From: Bacteroidales bacterium
Lineage (GTDB): Bacteria; Bacteroidota; Bacteroidia; Bacteroidales; UBA10428
Direction of reading: 5' to 3'
Assembly (NCBI GenBank): GCA_016929525.1
Contig: JAFGIP010000048.1
Coordinates: 4,988-68,987 of the forward strand
Length of the DNA stretch: 64,000 nt
The translations under genes were made by a program, and so were the position numbers. Positions 27,034 to 37,785 of the stretch are shown piece by piece. Positions within the stretch are counted from its first letter, which is position 1, and every line of letters begins with the position of its first letter. The notes below the pieces were generated by a model. That model was not told the origin of the DNA, did not search any database, and saw only the letters and a program-made list of their open reading frames with translations.

Positions 27034-30000
27034 ATGAACTCTAGATTGATCAGATTACAGTATATTTTCTTTTCTCACATCTTTCTGATTGTTTCAACTC
27101 ATGCACAGGCAGAACTTAATAATTACAGGCATTTATCAACCTTAAACGGACTTTCAGGTAGTTCGATAACCGATATAGTGCAGGATCAGGAAGGGTATAT
27201 CTGGATAGCTACAACTGATGGTTTGAACAGGTACGATGGACGCTCAGTTCGTGTTTACAGGAATTTATATAAGGATAGTACTTCATTGTGTGATAATAGA
27301 ATAAATGATCTGTTCGTCGACAGCAAAGGGAGAATCTGGATCGGAACAGAAAATAATGGATTAAATCTGTATGACTATACAAAAGACAATTTCAGACATT
27401 ATAAATATGAGCAAGAGGATAACCGGACACTGACATTCCGATATGTAACCTCGATTGATGAAGATGCAGATGGCAATGTTTGGGTTGCTACTTTAAAAGG
27501 ATTAAACAGGTACAATCAGGAGAAAGATGGTTTCGATAGAATGTATCGCAGAACACAGTATTTGATAAATGAGAATACAATTAATAAACTTAAATCTGAA
27601 GAGCTTCCGGATAGTATAGCTGATAAACTATATCACATACAAAATGAGTTCTTCACTTCGGAAGAAGGTTTTAGAAAAGGAATAAAAGACCTGCTGGGAT
27701 CTGATAATATTGAGAAATATTTCAATACAATTAAAAATTTTGCTTTTACCGATTATACAGGCAATATTCTTTATGAGCAGATAAGAGTCCTTGAACACGA
27801 TGGTAAAGGAAACCTGTGGTTAGGATTTGAACGTAACGGGATAAGCTATTTTAATACAAAGAATAATTCTTATAAGGACTATAACTCGGGGGCCTTTAAA
27901 AACGTTATCGGAAGTCGGATCATTAAGCTTATATGCGATAATGAACAGTTGTGGGTATGTTCTGAGAAGGGATTATCAGTATTATCTATAGAACCCGATA
28001 CGTTGATTTTCAAATTTCAGATTTTAGTTAATAATTCGGCACTTTCATTCTTACCCATTACTAAAAATACAGCCTGGTTCGGGACTGATAAGGGCGCAGT
28101 AAAACTTACCGTGGCAAACAACGAAGTAAATGAAGAGTATATCAGAGAACCTGATGTTTTAAGGAATTCACGAATTACTTCATTATGTAGTGATATGCAA
28201 AATATATTGTGGTTAGGAACAGGTAACAATGGGGTTTTCTTTAGTCAGCCAAATGATGGTATTCATCTTTTTTCTTCGGAGTCGTTCGATAAATATACCA
28301 TTGGTGAAAAAGATATATCATATATAATTATTAATTCAGAAAATACATTTTGGATTGCATATGAAAGCGGAAATATTGAACTGTGGAATGAAAAGAAATT
28401 AATTCATCAAAATTCATTTACGGAGTGGTTTTGCAGAAATAAAAAGGAATATGGAATTATCCGGAAAATATTTGAAGATTCGTCTCATGTTTTTTGGATA
28501 GGGACATCAAAGGGGCGCTTGTTACGTTATAATTCTTCTGATAAATCAATAAAAGAATTTCCTTTTAATAAAGTTACCAATATATCTGAATATGGTATAT
28601 ACGATATTGATGAAGATAGAAACGGAGATATCTGGATTTCGATATTCGGTGGAGGATTAGTCAGGATTTCATCAACTTCAGATGAAATGTCTTATTATTC
28701 GGCTGACCCTGTAAACTGGCAGAACTCATTGGCAAATGACTGGATATATTCTTTATATACTGATAGTCTGGGATATCTCCTTGTAGGTTCTGTCGATGGT
28801 TTCAGTATAACACATATAGACACAATGCAATTTGTAACATACAGTGCTTTAATGCCGGGATTTAATAAACCCAGCCACAATTCAATCTTTTATATTAGCG
28901 GTGATGATAAAGGTAATTATTGGTTAGCAACGGCCAATGGACTTAATACTTTTAATATTTATTCAGGGAAATTCACCTTATTGAAAGAAAATATTGAATT
29001 ACCTAACAGTCATATTAAGGGGATTGTCTATCAGGACAAAGATCTGTGGATAAGTACAAATTATGGAATATCCAGATTAATACTCAGTAAAGATTCCGGA
29101 TTATTACAACTTATTAATTATGAAATTAGCATAGGAAAGCTGCAACGAGATTGGCTTAAAAGGGGAATTTGTGGCATTACTGACAATGGTAAGGTGTTTT
29201 TTGGTGGCAAGGAAGGATTTGTACTGATTAATCCGGATGAAATATCTGAAAATACAGTAAAACCTGCAATAATAATTAACCAGGTAAGTTTATTAAATCA
29301 AATTCTTAAACCTGAAATATGGCGAAGCAATAACAATCAAAAAAAATTAATTGTAAAACATAACGAAAATGTAATTACACTGGGCTTTTGCGCTATCAAT
29401 TATATACAATCTGAAAAGAATCAGTATGCATACCTGATGCAAGGGTTTGATACCGATTGGCAATATGTTGGAACAAAAAGTGAAGCAACCTATACAAATC
29501 TTCCTCCCGGAAGATATACTTTCCGTGTAATTGGGGCTAACAATGATGGTTATTGGAACAGAGAAGGTGACATGATAACCATTGAGGTTTTACCTCCATT
29601 CTGGAAATCTAATTGGGCATTGTTTGCATATGTAATAATTGTATCTCTATTTATTCTTGGTATAGCACGAATTTTTATCGTTCGACAAATGTTAAAGACA
29701 AAGATTAGGATAAAAGAAGCTGAAGCACAGTTAGATCATGAAAGCAACGCGTTAAAACTAAGGTTTTTTACAAATATTTCTCATGAATTCAGAACACCTC
29801 TGACATTGATGCTCGCACCTATAGAAAAACTAATTAATCTTAGTCATAAGATAGAGACCGAGGAAAGGAAGTTTTACTATAAACTAATATATAATAACGC
29901 GATAAAGCTTCGTAAGCTTATTGATCAGCTTATGGATTTCAGAAAGCTTGAAAATAAAAGTTTTAAGATTGAGAAAAAGCATGGTGAACTAATTGGCTTC

Positions 30001-31287
30001 TTAAAATCGATATATGATCAGTTCACACATGAAGCGTCCAGAAGAGAAATAAGGTACCACTTTAATACTGACTGCAAGGAACTATATACTGATTTTGATG
30101 CCGATGTAATCGATAAAATACTTGTTAATCTTATATCTAATGCTTTTAAATATACAGGAGATAAAAGTAATATTGAAATAATGGTTTCAGTCACAAGTCC
30201 TAAAGCTTCAAGTTCTGATACAAAAAATTTGATAATTAATGTTAAGGATAATGGAATTGGAATTCCTGCTGAAAAACAAGATGAAATTTTTACACGTTTT
30301 TACCAGATAAAATTTAAAGAAAGCATTGGTACCGAGATTGGATTAGCCTTTACAAAAGAATTGGTAGAACTTCTCGGTGGTGCTATATCACTCGAAAGTG
30401 AGTTAAATAAGGGCTCGTGTTTTACAGTTGAAATTCCATTATCGCAAGGTCAAAAATATATTAGTGAAACCATTCAGGAGACTGACTTTGAATATTCAGC
30501 AAACGATTTATTAGTGACACACACTGAATATGATAAAAATAAACCAACTGTTTTATTGGTTGATGATACCCCTGATATTCTGAACTTCCTGGAAAAAGAA
30601 CTGGTTTCTGATTATAATATAATAAAAGCCACTGATGGGAAATCAGGTATCCTTCAAGCGCAAAATCATAGCCCCGACTTAATAATCAGCGATATTATGA
30701 TGCCAATTCTTGACGGGATTGAAATGACAAAATTGTTGAAAAAAGAAAAGGCAACAAGTCATATTCCAATTGTTCTGCTTACGGCTAAATCTTCTGAAGA
30801 AGATGAAATTGAAGGATTATCATTGGGCATCGAGGGTTATATTAAAAAACCATTCAATACCGATATTCTGAAGATGAAGATCAGTAATATATTTAAAAAC
30901 AGGAAACTGCTTCACGATAATTTTAAAAAAACTTATGAATATATTCCAGAGGGTATTACTAAAAACCGAAGAGACCTCGAGTTTATTGAAACAGCAACAA
31001 ATCTTGTATTAAACAATCTCACAAATAAAGAATTAAACTCTCATTTTCTTGAAAACAAACTTGCTGTAAGTAAAACAGTATTATATACAAAACTCAAATC
31101 ACTTACCGGACAATCAGTGAATGAATTTATTCGCGTACTCAGACTTAAAAAGGCTTTGGAACTCATTAAAAAAGGTGATAATAACCTATCCGCCATTGGA
31201 TATGATGTAGGTTTCAGCAGTCTTTCATACTTTACCAGAAGTTTTTCAAAACATTTCGGTAAACCACCTTCTGAGTTTATCAAATAA
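27034..31287 (+). CDS. Hybrid two-component system regulator (propeller repeats, Y_Y_Y, TM, HisKA, HATPase_c, REC, AraC HTH)
   Basis: Reg_prop repeats (IWIATTDGLNRYDG), Y_Y_Y (EKNQYAYLMQGFDTDWQYVG), FFTNISHEFRTPLT, the REC aspartate context LIISDIMMP, and a C-terminal AraC HTH. Confidence 0.92.
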   Translation: MNSRLIRLQYIFFSHIFLIVSTHAQAELNNYRHLSTLNGLSGSSITDIVQDQEGYIWIATTDGLNRYDGRSVRVYRNLYKDSTSLCDNRINDLFVDSKGRIWIGTENNGLNLYDYTKDNFRHYKYEQEDNRTLTFRYVTSIDEDADGNVWVATLKGLNRYNQEKDGFDRMYRRTQYLINENTINKLKSEELPDSIADKLYHIQNEFFTSEEGFRKGIKDLLGSDNIEKYFNTIKNFAFTDYTGNILYEQIRVLEHDGKGNLWLGFERNGISYFNTKNNSYKDYNSGAFKNVIGSRIIKLICDNEQLWVCSEKGLSVLSIEPDTLIFKFQILVNNSALSFLPITKNTAWFGTDKGAVKLTVANNEVNEEYIREPDVLRNSRITSLCSDMQNILWLGTGNNGVFFSQPNDGIHLFSSESFDKYTIGEKDISYIIINSENTFWIAYESGNIELWNEKKLIHQNSFTEWFCRNKKEYGIIRKIFEDSSHVFWIGTSKGRLLRYNSSDKSIKEFPFNKVTNISEYGIYDIDEDRNGDIWISIFGGGLVRISSTSDEMSYYSADPVNWQNSLANDWIYSLYTDSLGYLLVGSVDGFSITHIDTMQFVTYSALMPGFNKPSHNSIFYISGDDKGNYWLATANGLNTFNIYSGKFTLLKENIELPNSHIKGIVYQDKDLWISTNYGISRLILSKDSGLLQLINYEISIGKLQRDWLKRGICGITDNGKVFFGGKEGFVLINPDEISENTVKPAIIINQVSLLNQILKPEIWRSNNNQKKLIVKHNENVITLGFCAINYIQSEKNQYAYLMQGFDTDWQYVGTKSEATYTNLPPGRYTFRVIGANNDGYWNREGDMITIEVLPPFWKSNWALFAYVIIVSLFILGIARIFIVRQMLKTKIRIKEAEAQLDHESNALKLRFFTNISHEFRTPLTLMLAPIEKLINLSHKIETEERKFYYKLIYNNAIKLRKLIDQLMDFRKLENKSFKIEKKHGELIGFLKSIYDQFTHEASRREIRYHFNTDCKELYTDFDADVIDKILVNLISNAFKYTGDKSNIEIMVSVTSPKASSSDTKNLIINVKDNGIGIPAEKQDEIFTRFYQIKFKESIGTEIGLAFTKELVELLGGAISLESELNKGSCFTVEIPLSQGQKYISETIQETDFEYSANDLLVTHTEYDKNKPTVLLVDDTPDILNFLEKELVSDYNIIKATDGKSGILQAQNHSPDLIISDIMMPILDGIEMTKLLKKEKATSHIPIVLLTAKSSEEDEIEGLSLGIEGYIKKPFNTDILKMKISNIFKNRKLLHDNFKKTYEYIPEGITKNRRDLEFIETATNLVLNNLTNKELNSHFLENKLAVSKTVLYTKLKSLTGQSVNEFIRVLRLKKALELIKKGDNNLSAIGYDVGFSSLSYFTRSFSKHFGKPPSEFIK

Positions 31288-31479
31288 GCTTATCTGTTCG
31301 AATAAGATATCGTTAACTGTATTTTAAGAATTGATTGTTTCTATAGAAGTAAATTCATTAAAATTGAATAACTTAATAATCAAAACTGATAAATAGTGAA
31401 AATAAATAAACACTTAGTTCAAACCTAACTGCACTGTAGATATTATTTTTCACCCCGATCTAATTTAAATTATTAGTTT

Positions 31480-32994
31480 ATGATTTATAAATTTTGGTTA
31501 TATACTTTTTTTATTTTGTCTTTATCAACAGGTGTTCAACTCTTTGCGCAACTGACTCCCCAGCAGGCCGTTGAACAAATGGGAAGGGGAATAAATCTGG
31601 GTAATACTCTTGACACCAGAGAATATGAAGGTGAGTTAAACGTTGCACAGGAATATAATTTTGATGATTTTACTGAAGCCGGCTTTACATGTGTCAGGAT
31701 ACCTGTTACCTGGAATAAACGTGCAGACACGCTATCGCCCTACACTATAGACTCGGACTTTTTCGACCGTGTCGATGAAGTTATCGGTTGGGCACTGGAC
31801 CGTAAGTTATTTGTCGTTATTAATGCTCATCATGAAGAATGGCTTTTTGAGGATCCGTCTTTGGCAAATCTGGAACGTTTTGACAGCCTTTGGAGTCAGA
31901 TAGCTGCACATTATAAAGATTATACCGACAGCCTTATATTCGAAATGATCAATGAGCCTTATCCAATGCCTGAAGATACTTTGAACAATCTTAATGAAAG
32001 GGTATTATCTATAATCAGAAAAACAAATCCAACCAGAATCGTATTATTTTCGGGATATATGTGGGCAAATTCACCTCAGCTCATTGAAGCTGCTGTCCCT
32101 GAAGATGATTATCTGATGGGATATTTTCACTCATATGATCCATGGCCATTTGCCGGAGAAGGAAATGGTACATGGGGTACAACTTCAGATATTGAAGCCC
32201 TTGAAAATAAATTCAATGATGTTCAAGAGTGGTCTTCAGGAAATAATATTCCTGTTTTTCTTGGTGAGTTTGGAGCACATGAAGATTGTGATTTTAATTC
32301 CCGAATGCGTCATTATGCAAGATTTGTTGAACTTGCGTTAAATAACGGGTGGGCATTCGCCGTTTGGGATGATAATGGATGGTTTCAGGTTTTAGAACGC
32401 GAAGCAAGAAGCTGGCAAGTAACAAAAGACATTATAATTAATAATACAGTGGATAATCCGACAGATCTTAGTGTAACAAATCACAATGGTGATAGCATTA
32501 GTATTGCATGGACAAACAGAGTTACAGATAACGATAGTATTCTTGTTGAAAGAGGATTTACTGCTTCAACATTAACGGAGTTAATTAAATTACCCGGTCA
32601 GGCAGCATCTTATACCGATACCTTCGATCTGTCCCTTAACAGGAATTATTATTATCGTATATCAGCTCAATATGGTGATACTTTAAATCTGATGTCCTAT
32701 CCGCAAAGGATAAAGACTGAACAAACCGTTTCTGCATTGTCAGTTATAGATAATAACTACTATATTTTATATCCTAATCCGGTTAAAGAAACTCTGATAC
32801 TTCGGAATGATGCCGATGATGAGCTGATAATGAAGATAACCATTTACAACATAAAAGGAGTTAGGTTGTTTGACCAATATTTAAGCGGAGAAAGGATTAT
32901 GCGTCTTAATACAGAATCACTTAAAAGTGATACATATATAATCGAAATTACAACTACAGGGAACACTTATCGGAAGCTTTTTATTAAACTTTAA
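31480..32994 (+). CDS. GH5 endo-beta-glucanase with FN3-like module and T9SS C-terminal sorting domain
   Basis: GINLGNTLD, RIPVTW, NAHHE, FEMINEP (acid/base) and LGEFGA (nucleophile). The CTD begins YILYPNPVKETL. Confidence 0.88.
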   Translation: MIYKFWLYTFFILSLSTGVQLFAQLTPQQAVEQMGRGINLGNTLDTREYEGELNVAQEYNFDDFTEAGFTCVRIPVTWNKRADTLSPYTIDSDFFDRVDEVIGWALDRKLFVVINAHHEEWLFEDPSLANLERFDSLWSQIAAHYKDYTDSLIFEMINEPYPMPEDTLNNLNERVLSIIRKTNPTRIVLFSGYMWANSPQLIEAAVPEDDYLMGYFHSYDPWPFAGEGNGTWGTTSDIEALENKFNDVQEWSSGNNIPVFLGEFGAHEDCDFNSRMRHYARFVELALNNGWAFAVWDDNGWFQVLEREARSWQVTKDIIINNTVDNPTDLSVTNHNGDSISIAWTNRVTDNDSILVERGFTASTLTELIKLPGQAASYTDTFDLSLNRNYYYRISAQYGDTLNLMSYPQRIKTEQTVSALSVIDNNYYILYPNPVKETLILRNDADDELIMKITIYNIKGVRLFDQYLSGERIMRLNTESLKSDTYIIEITTTGNTYRKLFIKL

Positions 32995-33058
32995 TAAAAT
33001 GAAACAACAGGAAGGATTTATATAGTTTTTTACTACAAATATTTAATTAAAGAGTATT

Positions 33059-34054
33059 ATGAAAATGAGACTGATAATAACCAATATTCTGGTGTTTGTT
33101 GGATTTACATCAATTTTTGCACAAAAACCGTATAGAGGAGCCGAAGTTTATTCAAATACTACTGTTCAGTACGGAAAGTTTGTAATGAGTATGAAAATGA
33201 TCAGTGGCAGTGGCATGCTTTCTACCTTTTTTATATACAAGAATGATTCTTATATGGAAGGGGTTTACTGGGAAGAAATAGATGTGGAAGTGCTGGGGAA
33301 AAATGATGCAACAGTACTCTCTACAAATATAATAACAGATGGAGTTTCAGACAATACAGATCAGGATGTGGAAGAAATAGAATTTGAATTTTCGCTTGCC
33401 GAAGACTACCATACTTTTACCGTAGAATGGACTCCGGATTCAGTGGTATGGTATGTCGATGAAGAAATGGTAAGGAGTGCAAGCGGAGAAAATGCAACTT
33501 CCCTCACATCAAATGCAAGCCTGCGTTTTAATGCATGGATCTCCTGTTCCGTAGCCTGGGCCGGAGCACTTAATCCGTCTGATTTACCAAAACACCAGTA
33601 TGTTGACTGGATAGAATACTACAGTTACAGTGAAGGAGAATTCACATTGCAATGGAGAGATGATTTCGATACTTTCGATGCAGGAAGATGGTCAAAAGCA
33701 AATTGGACATTTGAATGCAACGAAGTTGATTTTACACCGGACAACGCATATATTGAAGATGGTAAATTAGTATTAGCCATAACCGACCCAAATCCGGAAG
33801 GTTTATATAGTACGAATAATTCAGATTTTTTGGAAATCATTAATAATAACTCATCAGGGGAAATACAGGTAAGATTATTTGAATACGGATATTACCACTG
33901 TCAGATAATAGATCTTCAGGGAAGAACAATTTTAATAAAGGAATTTGTTGGTGATTCTTTAAATATTCCATGCACTAACCTAAACTCGGGGATTTACTTA
34001 TTGACAGTTAATTCAGACAATATTTCAGCAACAGAGAAGATTTATATTGAATGA
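33059..34054 (+). CDS. GH16 beta-glucanase (lichenase/laminarinase type) with T9SS C-terminal sorting domain
   Basis: Catalytic WEEIDVEVLG (ExDxE), a signal peptide and a C-terminal beta-sandwich tail. Confidence 0.88.
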   Translation: MKMRLIITNILVFVGFTSIFAQKPYRGAEVYSNTTVQYGKFVMSMKMISGSGMLSTFFIYKNDSYMEGVYWEEIDVEVLGKNDATVLSTNIITDGVSDNTDQDVEEIEFEFSLAEDYHTFTVEWTPDSVVWYVDEEMVRSASGENATSLTSNASLRFNAWISCSVAWAGALNPSDLPKHQYVDWIEYYSYSEGEFTLQWRDDFDTFDAGRWSKANWTFECNEVDFTPDNAYIEDGKLVLAITDPNPEGLYSTNNSDFLEIINNNSSGEIQVRLFEYGYYHCQIIDLQGRTILIKEFVGDSLNIPCTNLNSGIYLLTVNSDNISATEKIYIE

Positions 34055-34160
34055 TTATTCAGTATGACAGATTAAATAAATGCCCCTGATAATTTTATCT
34101 TAATTGAATGGATTTGAATATTTAAATCATTAACTTAAGAGTAGTTAATGGATTTATTCA

Positions 34161-37100
34161 ATGTTTATTAAGGATTTCTATATTATAATAATTTTTTTGG
34201 TTACTTTCCTTCTAACTTCAGTCAACTCGTTTTCTCAGAAAGATCTCATCAAATTCAGACATATTACGACAAATGAAGGATTATCATCCAACTATGTGAA
34301 CTGTTTTTTACAGGATAAAAACGGGTTTATATGGATTGGAACACGTGACGGACTTAACAGATTTGACGGATATGAGTTTAAGATTTACAGGTATAATTCT
34401 GACGATCCCAATAGTATAAGTAATAATGTAATTGAATCGATATTTGAAGATAAGTTTGGATATTTATGGATCGGTACAGACAAAGGGTTGAATATTTTAA
34501 ATACAGATAATGAAAATCTTATCAGATTTATCCATGATCCTGAAAATACAAATTCACTAAGCTATGATGAAGTTCGTGATATAGTCCAATATAATGATTC
34601 AGTTTACTGGATAGCAACTTATGGCGGGGGTATTGATAAATTGACCATTTCTTTTGAGCCGGATTTAAAATATAATTTTATTCATTTTAATGAGGATAAC
34701 AAAGATAAATATTTTATATCTACAAATAAAGTAAACGATTTGTTCATTGATAGCGACAGGATACTTTGGGTAGGACTTGAAAGAGATGGTATACTGATTT
34801 TTTCTGAAGAAGATCAACAATTTTATACACCTTCTTATGCTTGTCTTCGAACGGACAGGAATATCAGGGCCACAGTAAATATGATTACGGAAGATAAAGA
34901 TAAAAATATATGGTTTGGTACATGGGAGCATGGATTTTTCAAAATAAACAAAGAACTTGAAATAACTTCTAACTGCGATTTTAAAAGAAAAGATGAATAT
35001 ATATATTATAACCGCATTGTCAGATGCCTAAAAGAAGACTTTAACAACAATATCTGGACGGGATCCTTTGGTGGGGGCCTGGTTAAATTTAACAGGGACT
35101 CTGAAAAAATTATCCAGTATTTAAACGATCCTCTTCGATCAACCAGTTTAGGACATAATATAATATGGAATTTAGCAATTGACCAGTCAGGAACATTGTG
35201 GCTCGGAACATGGGGTGCAGGTATTAATCTGATAGACCTGAAAAGGACACAGTTTATTCATTATAAACACGATCCGAACAATCCCAATAGCCTGGGCGGC
35301 AATACCGTAAATCATATTTTTATTGATTATACAGGAAAAATCTGGATTTCGACTTTTGAAGCCGGCATAAGTATTTTTGATCCGCAAACCGAAAAATTTG
35401 AACATATTAAACATGAACGAAATAATCAAAACAGCCTGAGCACTAATGTTACATGGTGCACTTATATTGATCCTGATGACAATGGAGAAATTGTATGGAT
35501 AGCCACCGATGTAGGTTTAAATAAATACAATACGAAAACCAAAACATTTAAAAACTACGTTTATCAACAGATGTATCCAAACGACCCAAAAAACCCAAGT
35601 ATGGTAAATATTAAATTCATATATGAGGATAGTTATGATACATTATGGCTGGGAACCTATATCGGAGGTGTTAATAAGTTTGATAGAAATAAAGAAATAT
35701 TCACTCACTATAAGCACGATCCAAAGGATATTAGCAGCATTTCAAATGATGCTATTATGCTGATCTATGAAGATAGTTACAGGAATTTATGGTTTGGATC
35801 AACTAATACGGGTCTTGATTTATATATGAGGGATGAGCAAAAATTCAAACACTATCAGTTTGATAAAGAAGACACAACAAGTATAAGCAGTAATAATATA
35901 TTATGTGTTTTTGAAGATAGCCAAAAAAATTTATGGGTGGGAACCCTGGATGGTCTGAATTTATTTATCAGAGGAAAAGATAATTTTACTTCCTATACTG
36001 TAAAGGACGGATTACCTAATAATACAATCAGCAGTATTGAAGAAGATGATTTTAATAATTTATGGATAAGTACAAATGCCGGAATTTCTAAATACAATCC
36101 TTTTAAGAAAGAAATTAAAAACTATGACAGATATGACGGGCTTGAAAATACCTATTCATTTAACGCAAGTGCTAAAACAAAAGATGGTTACATGCTGTTT
36201 GGCGGATCTAACGGCTTTGATTTCTTTCACCCGGATCAGATAATAGAAAGTCAGTATACTGCTCCGGTCATTATAACCAATTTTAAGGTTTTTAACAGGG
36301 TTATTGAAATAAACAAGGAATATTATGGCAGGGTATTACTAACAAAGGCAATCGGGAAAACGGATAAAATTATTTTATCTCATAAGCACAAGGAATTCAG
36401 TTTCGATTTTGCTTCATTGCATTATCCGGCACCTGAAAAGAATCTGTACAAATATAAACTTGAAGGATTTAATGATGATTGGGTATATACCAATTCTTCA
36501 AGAAGGTTTGCAATATATTCAAACATGGAGCCGGGCAAATATGTGTTTAAAGTTAAAGGTACAAATAACGATGGTATCTGGAATGAGAATGAAGCTTCAA
36601 TTGAAATTGTGATCTTACCTCCATTCTGGAAAACATGGTTTTTTAAGATTTCAGTTGTACTAATGGTTTTTGGTATTACAATGTTGATATACTGGTATAG
36701 AATTAATACCGTTAAAAAACAAAAAGTAATATTGGAGAATGAGGTTAAAGCACGGACAAAGGAGATTTCGGAAAAAAATAAACTTCTCAATGAACAAACT
36801 AAGGAATTGAACGAAACAAATACCCGTTTAGAGGAAGGACAACAGCAAATTGAAGAACATGCCGAAGAGTTAAGAGTAATTAATGAGCAACTTGCTGAAT
36901 TGAATGCCATGAAAGACAAATTCTTTTCAATAATTGCGCATGATCTGAAAAATCCTATGAGTGCAATTTTGGGCTTCTCCGAGTTACTGAATCTTAAATT
37001 TGATAAAATAGCCGATGATAAAAAGCTCAATTATATTTCAAAAATTTTTGAATCGGCTAATAAAACCTATGAATTACTTCAGAATTTATTAAACTGGGCA

Positions 37101-37595
37101 CGCTCGCAAAGCGGGAGGGTTGAGTTTAATCCGGAAAATATTCCGCTTAATGCATTAATTATGAGTAATATTACTTTAATAAAAGAACTGGCCAGAAAAA
37201 AAAATATTGAGATTATAAATGAGATAAATAGTGAAGAACAAGTATATGTTGATGAAAATATGATTGATACGGTTATCCGAAATCTTATAACAAATGCACT
37301 TAAGTTTACACCTTCGGGAGGGCAGGTAAAGATTGGTAAGAATTTAAGTAGCGATAGTAAGTTCGGAGTATATTATGTTAAGGATACAGGTGTCGGTATA
37401 CCAAAAGATAAAATTCCAAATCTTTTCAGGATTGATAAATCAACTTCAACAGAAGGAACAGAGGGAGAAACAGGGACAGGACTGGGATTAATTCTGTGTA
37501 AAGAATTTATTGAAAAACACAGAGGTAAAATATGGGTGGAAAGTAAGGTTAACGAAGGAACTACTTTTTACTTTACACTGCCATTAAAAGGCTAA
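34161..37595 (+). CDS. Propeller/Y_Y_Y sensor histidine kinase (no receiver, no HTH)
   Basis: Reg_prop repeats, Y_Y_Y (EKNLYKYKLEGFNDDWVY), a TM helix, a coiled coil, FFSIIAHDLKNPMSAILGF and GTGLGL. Confidence 0.9.
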   Translation: MFIKDFYIIIIFLVTFLLTSVNSFSQKDLIKFRHITTNEGLSSNYVNCFLQDKNGFIWIGTRDGLNRFDGYEFKIYRYNSDDPNSISNNVIESIFEDKFGYLWIGTDKGLNILNTDNENLIRFIHDPENTNSLSYDEVRDIVQYNDSVYWIATYGGGIDKLTISFEPDLKYNFIHFNEDNKDKYFISTNKVNDLFIDSDRILWVGLERDGILIFSEEDQQFYTPSYACLRTDRNIRATVNMITEDKDKNIWFGTWEHGFFKINKELEITSNCDFKRKDEYIYYNRIVRCLKEDFNNNIWTGSFGGGLVKFNRDSEKIIQYLNDPLRSTSLGHNIIWNLAIDQSGTLWLGTWGAGINLIDLKRTQFIHYKHDPNNPNSLGGNTVNHIFIDYTGKIWISTFEAGISIFDPQTEKFEHIKHERNNQNSLSTNVTWCTYIDPDDNGEIVWIATDVGLNKYNTKTKTFKNYVYQQMYPNDPKNPSMVNIKFIYEDSYDTLWLGTYIGGVNKFDRNKEIFTHYKHDPKDISSISNDAIMLIYEDSYRNLWFGSTNTGLDLYMRDEQKFKHYQFDKEDTTSISSNNILCVFEDSQKNLWVGTLDGLNLFIRGKDNFTSYTVKDGLPNNTISSIEEDDFNNLWISTNAGISKYNPFKKEIKNYDRYDGLENTYSFNASAKTKDGYMLFGGSNGFDFFHPDQIIESQYTAPVIITNFKVFNRVIEINKEYYGRVLLTKAIGKTDKIILSHKHKEFSFDFASLHYPAPEKNLYKYKLEGFNDDWVYTNSSRRFAIYSNMEPGKYVFKVKGTNNDGIWNENEASIEIVILPPFWKTWFFKISVVLMVFGITMLIYWYRINTVKKQKVILENEVKARTKEISEKNKLLNEQTKELNETNTRLEEGQQQIEEHAEELRVINEQLAELNAMKDKFFSIIAHDLKNPMSAILGFSELLNLKFDKIADDKKLNYISKIFESANKTYELLQNLLNWARSQSGRVEFNPENIPLNALIMSNITLIKELARKKNIEIINEINSEEQVYVDENMIDTVIRNLITNALKFTPSGGQVKIGKNLSSDSKFGVYYVKDTGVGIPKDKIPNLFRIDKSTSTEGTEGETGTGLGLILCKEFIEKHRGKIWVESKVNEGTTFYFTLPLKG

Positions 37596-37694
37596 TTTAA
37601 TTTGATGAGAATAAAAGTACACAATGAAAGATGGTAACTAAAAGTTGTTAATTTTATATTTGTCTGATTTCTTTCATGCGTTCTCTGTATTCAT

Positions 37695-37702
37695 TGTATA
37701 CA
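37695..37702. promoter_or_regulatory. Perfect palindrome TGTATACA (distal candidate operator)
   Basis: Read directly. It is identical to the octamer at 37762-37769. Confidence 0.25.
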
Positions 37703-37761
37703 CATCTAAAACATTTATTAAAAGTAAATTATAAAATACATAACATATTCCTTGCATAATA

Positions 37762-37778
37762 TGTATACAAAGTGTATA
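37762..37778. promoter_or_regulatory. Candidate LexA operator: TGTATACA overlapping the inverted repeat TATACA-AAG-TGTATA
   Basis: Read directly. It ends 8 nt before the lexA ATG at 37786. Confidence 0.35.
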
Positions 37779-37785
37779 TTTGTGT

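Noticed and set aside
36422-37030. 202-aa minus-strand ORF inside the propeller histidine kinase gene. Similar long antisense ORFs occur at 4351..4836, 39538..39969, 41793..42248, 42256..42630, 8047..8388 and 48608..48955.
   Set aside because: Each lies fully antisense to a gene with strong domain signatures. The translations are low-complexity (Ser/Phe/Leu/Cys-rich) with no recognisable motifs. They are typical shadow ORFs of AT-rich coding DNA.
37775-37782. TATATTTG as a Bacteroidota -7 promoter box (TAnnTTTG) for lexA
   Set aside because: It lies only 3 nt before the ATG at 37786. A transcript starting after it would lose the conserved LexA N-terminus. It more likely forms part of the operator-like repeat.
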